Assembly (NCBI GenBank): GCA_039714075.1
Contig: JBDLKA010000070.1
Location: 1-18,639, forward strand
Source: Candidatus Krumholzibacteriota bacterium
GTDB taxonomy: Bacteria; Krumholzibacteriota; Krumholzibacteriia; LZORAL124-64-63
Length of the DNA: 18,639 bases
Reading direction: 5' to 3'
Shown: one piece after another, positions 17,486 through 18,639 of the stretch
How the letters are laid out: each line of letters starts with the position of its first letter
Numbering within the stretch: position 1 is the stretch's first letter
The notes under the pieces: model-generated
The model's database searches: none
What the model was told of the DNA's origin: nothing
What the model saw: the letters and a program-made list of their open reading frames with translations, nothing else
Position numbers and translations under genes: made by a program

Positions 17486-17533
17486 ATTTTTCGGTGCTTG
17501 GGAGAGCGCCATCAGCCTTAAGGAGAAAACGAA

Positions 17534-18639
17534 ATGACACCGAAAAACAGCATATTTTCCGGGGGACTGACCCTGAAACTTGCGGTCCTTGCCCTGACGA
17601 TCCTGGGCCTGGGACTGACCGGATGTTCGGAAGACAACCCGCTCGACGTCCCGGCCGGGAACAATGATTCCGCCACGGGCGTGTTCCGGGTGGACGTGAC
17701 GGACGACAACCTCGATTTCGAGATCATCTCGACCAAGAACGGCGATCCTGCCAATCCGATCGAGGGGCCGTTCTCCATTCGTGGACGGAATATCCGCTAC
17801 GACTCGGAAATGGGCGCCCTGATCCTCGATCTCAGCGTCAAGAATCTGGGGGACAACACCTTTGACGAGGTGGTCACCCTGACCTTCCTCAGCCTCCTGC
17901 CGGAAGGAATAACCGTCCTCAACCCCGACAACGGCGAGAACGGTCCCGGCGCCGCCATCGATTTCGAATTCGAAAACGATGACGCCCAATGGGCTCCCGG
18001 CGAGGAAAGCCTGCCCCGTGAGACCTACTTCCTGGTCGAAGACGGCATTTCCATCGGCTTCATCGCCCGTCTCGATACCGGGACCGGCGGCGGCGCCCTG
18101 GGTTCCATCGGGGGCCTGGTCTGGGACGATGCCAACGGTGACGGCCTCATGGACGAAGACGAGAGCTTCATCGAAGGCGCCACGCTCGAGCTGACGGCCG
18201 AAGGCATGGAAGCGATGACCACGGAGACCGGTGCGGACGGAACCTATACCTTCAACGATCTGGCGTCCGGTTTCTACAAAGTCACCAAGCTGCCTTCCGA
18301 AGGAATGGCTGCCACAACGCCCACGATGATCTATGTGATCCTCGTTCTCGAGGACGGGCAGGTCATTTCCTTCCTGGCCGCCAATTTCGGCTGCATGGCG
18401 GAGGGCGGCGGCGAGCTGGCCTCCATCAGCGGTGTCGTGTTTGACGACGCCAACGGCGACGGTGTCCAGGACGAAGGCGAACTGGGCCTTTCCGGTATGC
18501 GGGTCGGCCTGCAGGGGGCCGCAATCCTCGAGGTGACCAGCGATGCCGACGGCGCCTACGCGTTTGCGGACCTGGGCATGGGTGAGTATACCGTCAAGAG
18601 CTTTGGACCTCCCGGTTGGGTTGCCACGACCCCCGAGGT
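17534..18639 (+). CDS. Paralogous lipoprotein with at least 2 SdrD-B-like domains (3' truncated; absent from the ORF track)
   Basis: Manual translation is open to the window end: MTPKNSIFSGGLTLKLAVLALTILGLGLTG-CSEDNP...IRGRNIRYD...NGPGA...WAPGEESLPR...SIGGLVWDDANGDG...AANFG...SISGVVFDDANGDG. Lipobox LTG-C; RBS AAGGAG at 17520. Confidence 0.9.
   Translation, partial: MTPKNSIFSGGLTLKLAVLALTILGLGLTGCSEDNPLDVPAGNNDSATGVFRVDVTDDNLDFEIISTKNGDPANPIEGPFSIRGRNIRYDSEMGALILDLSVKNLGDNTFDEVVTLTFLSLLPEGITVLNPDNGENGPGAAIDFEFENDDAQWAPGEESLPRETYFLVEDGISIGFIARLDTGTGGGALGSIGGLVWDDANGDGLMDEDESFIEGATLELTAEGMEAMTTETGADGTYTFNDLASGFYKVTKLPSEGMAATTPTMIYVILVLEDGQVISFLAANFGCMAEGGGELASISGVVFDDANGDGVQDEGELGLSGMRVGLQGAAILEVTSDADGAYAFADLGMGEYTVKSFGPPGWVATTPE

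Overview
GC-rich bacterial chromosomal segment with 12 well-supported protein genes, one of them truncated at the right edge. The two C-terminal 'NxPNPFNP...KMxLLK' sorting domains point to an FCB-superphylum lineage such as Krumholzibacteriota or Latescibacterota (inference). Left to right: an AT-rich region with two phased C/G-tract palindromes; a compact + strand cluster (Smr, degenerate Smr, pteridine-reductase-like SDR, orphan GroES-like protein); a membrane Hanks-type Ser/Thr kinase with TPRs; a convergent secreted S9 peptidase; a secreted protein with two lamin-tail domains and OB/Ig-like domains; YihY/BrkB and OsmC-family genes; a secreted S8 subtilase; and two paralogous acidic lipoproteins with SdrD-B-like domains, the first with a Cys-punctuated poly-Asp tract. 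I recognised no rRNA, tRNA, CRISPR array, integrase or transposase. All family calls come from motif recognition by eye, not database searches.
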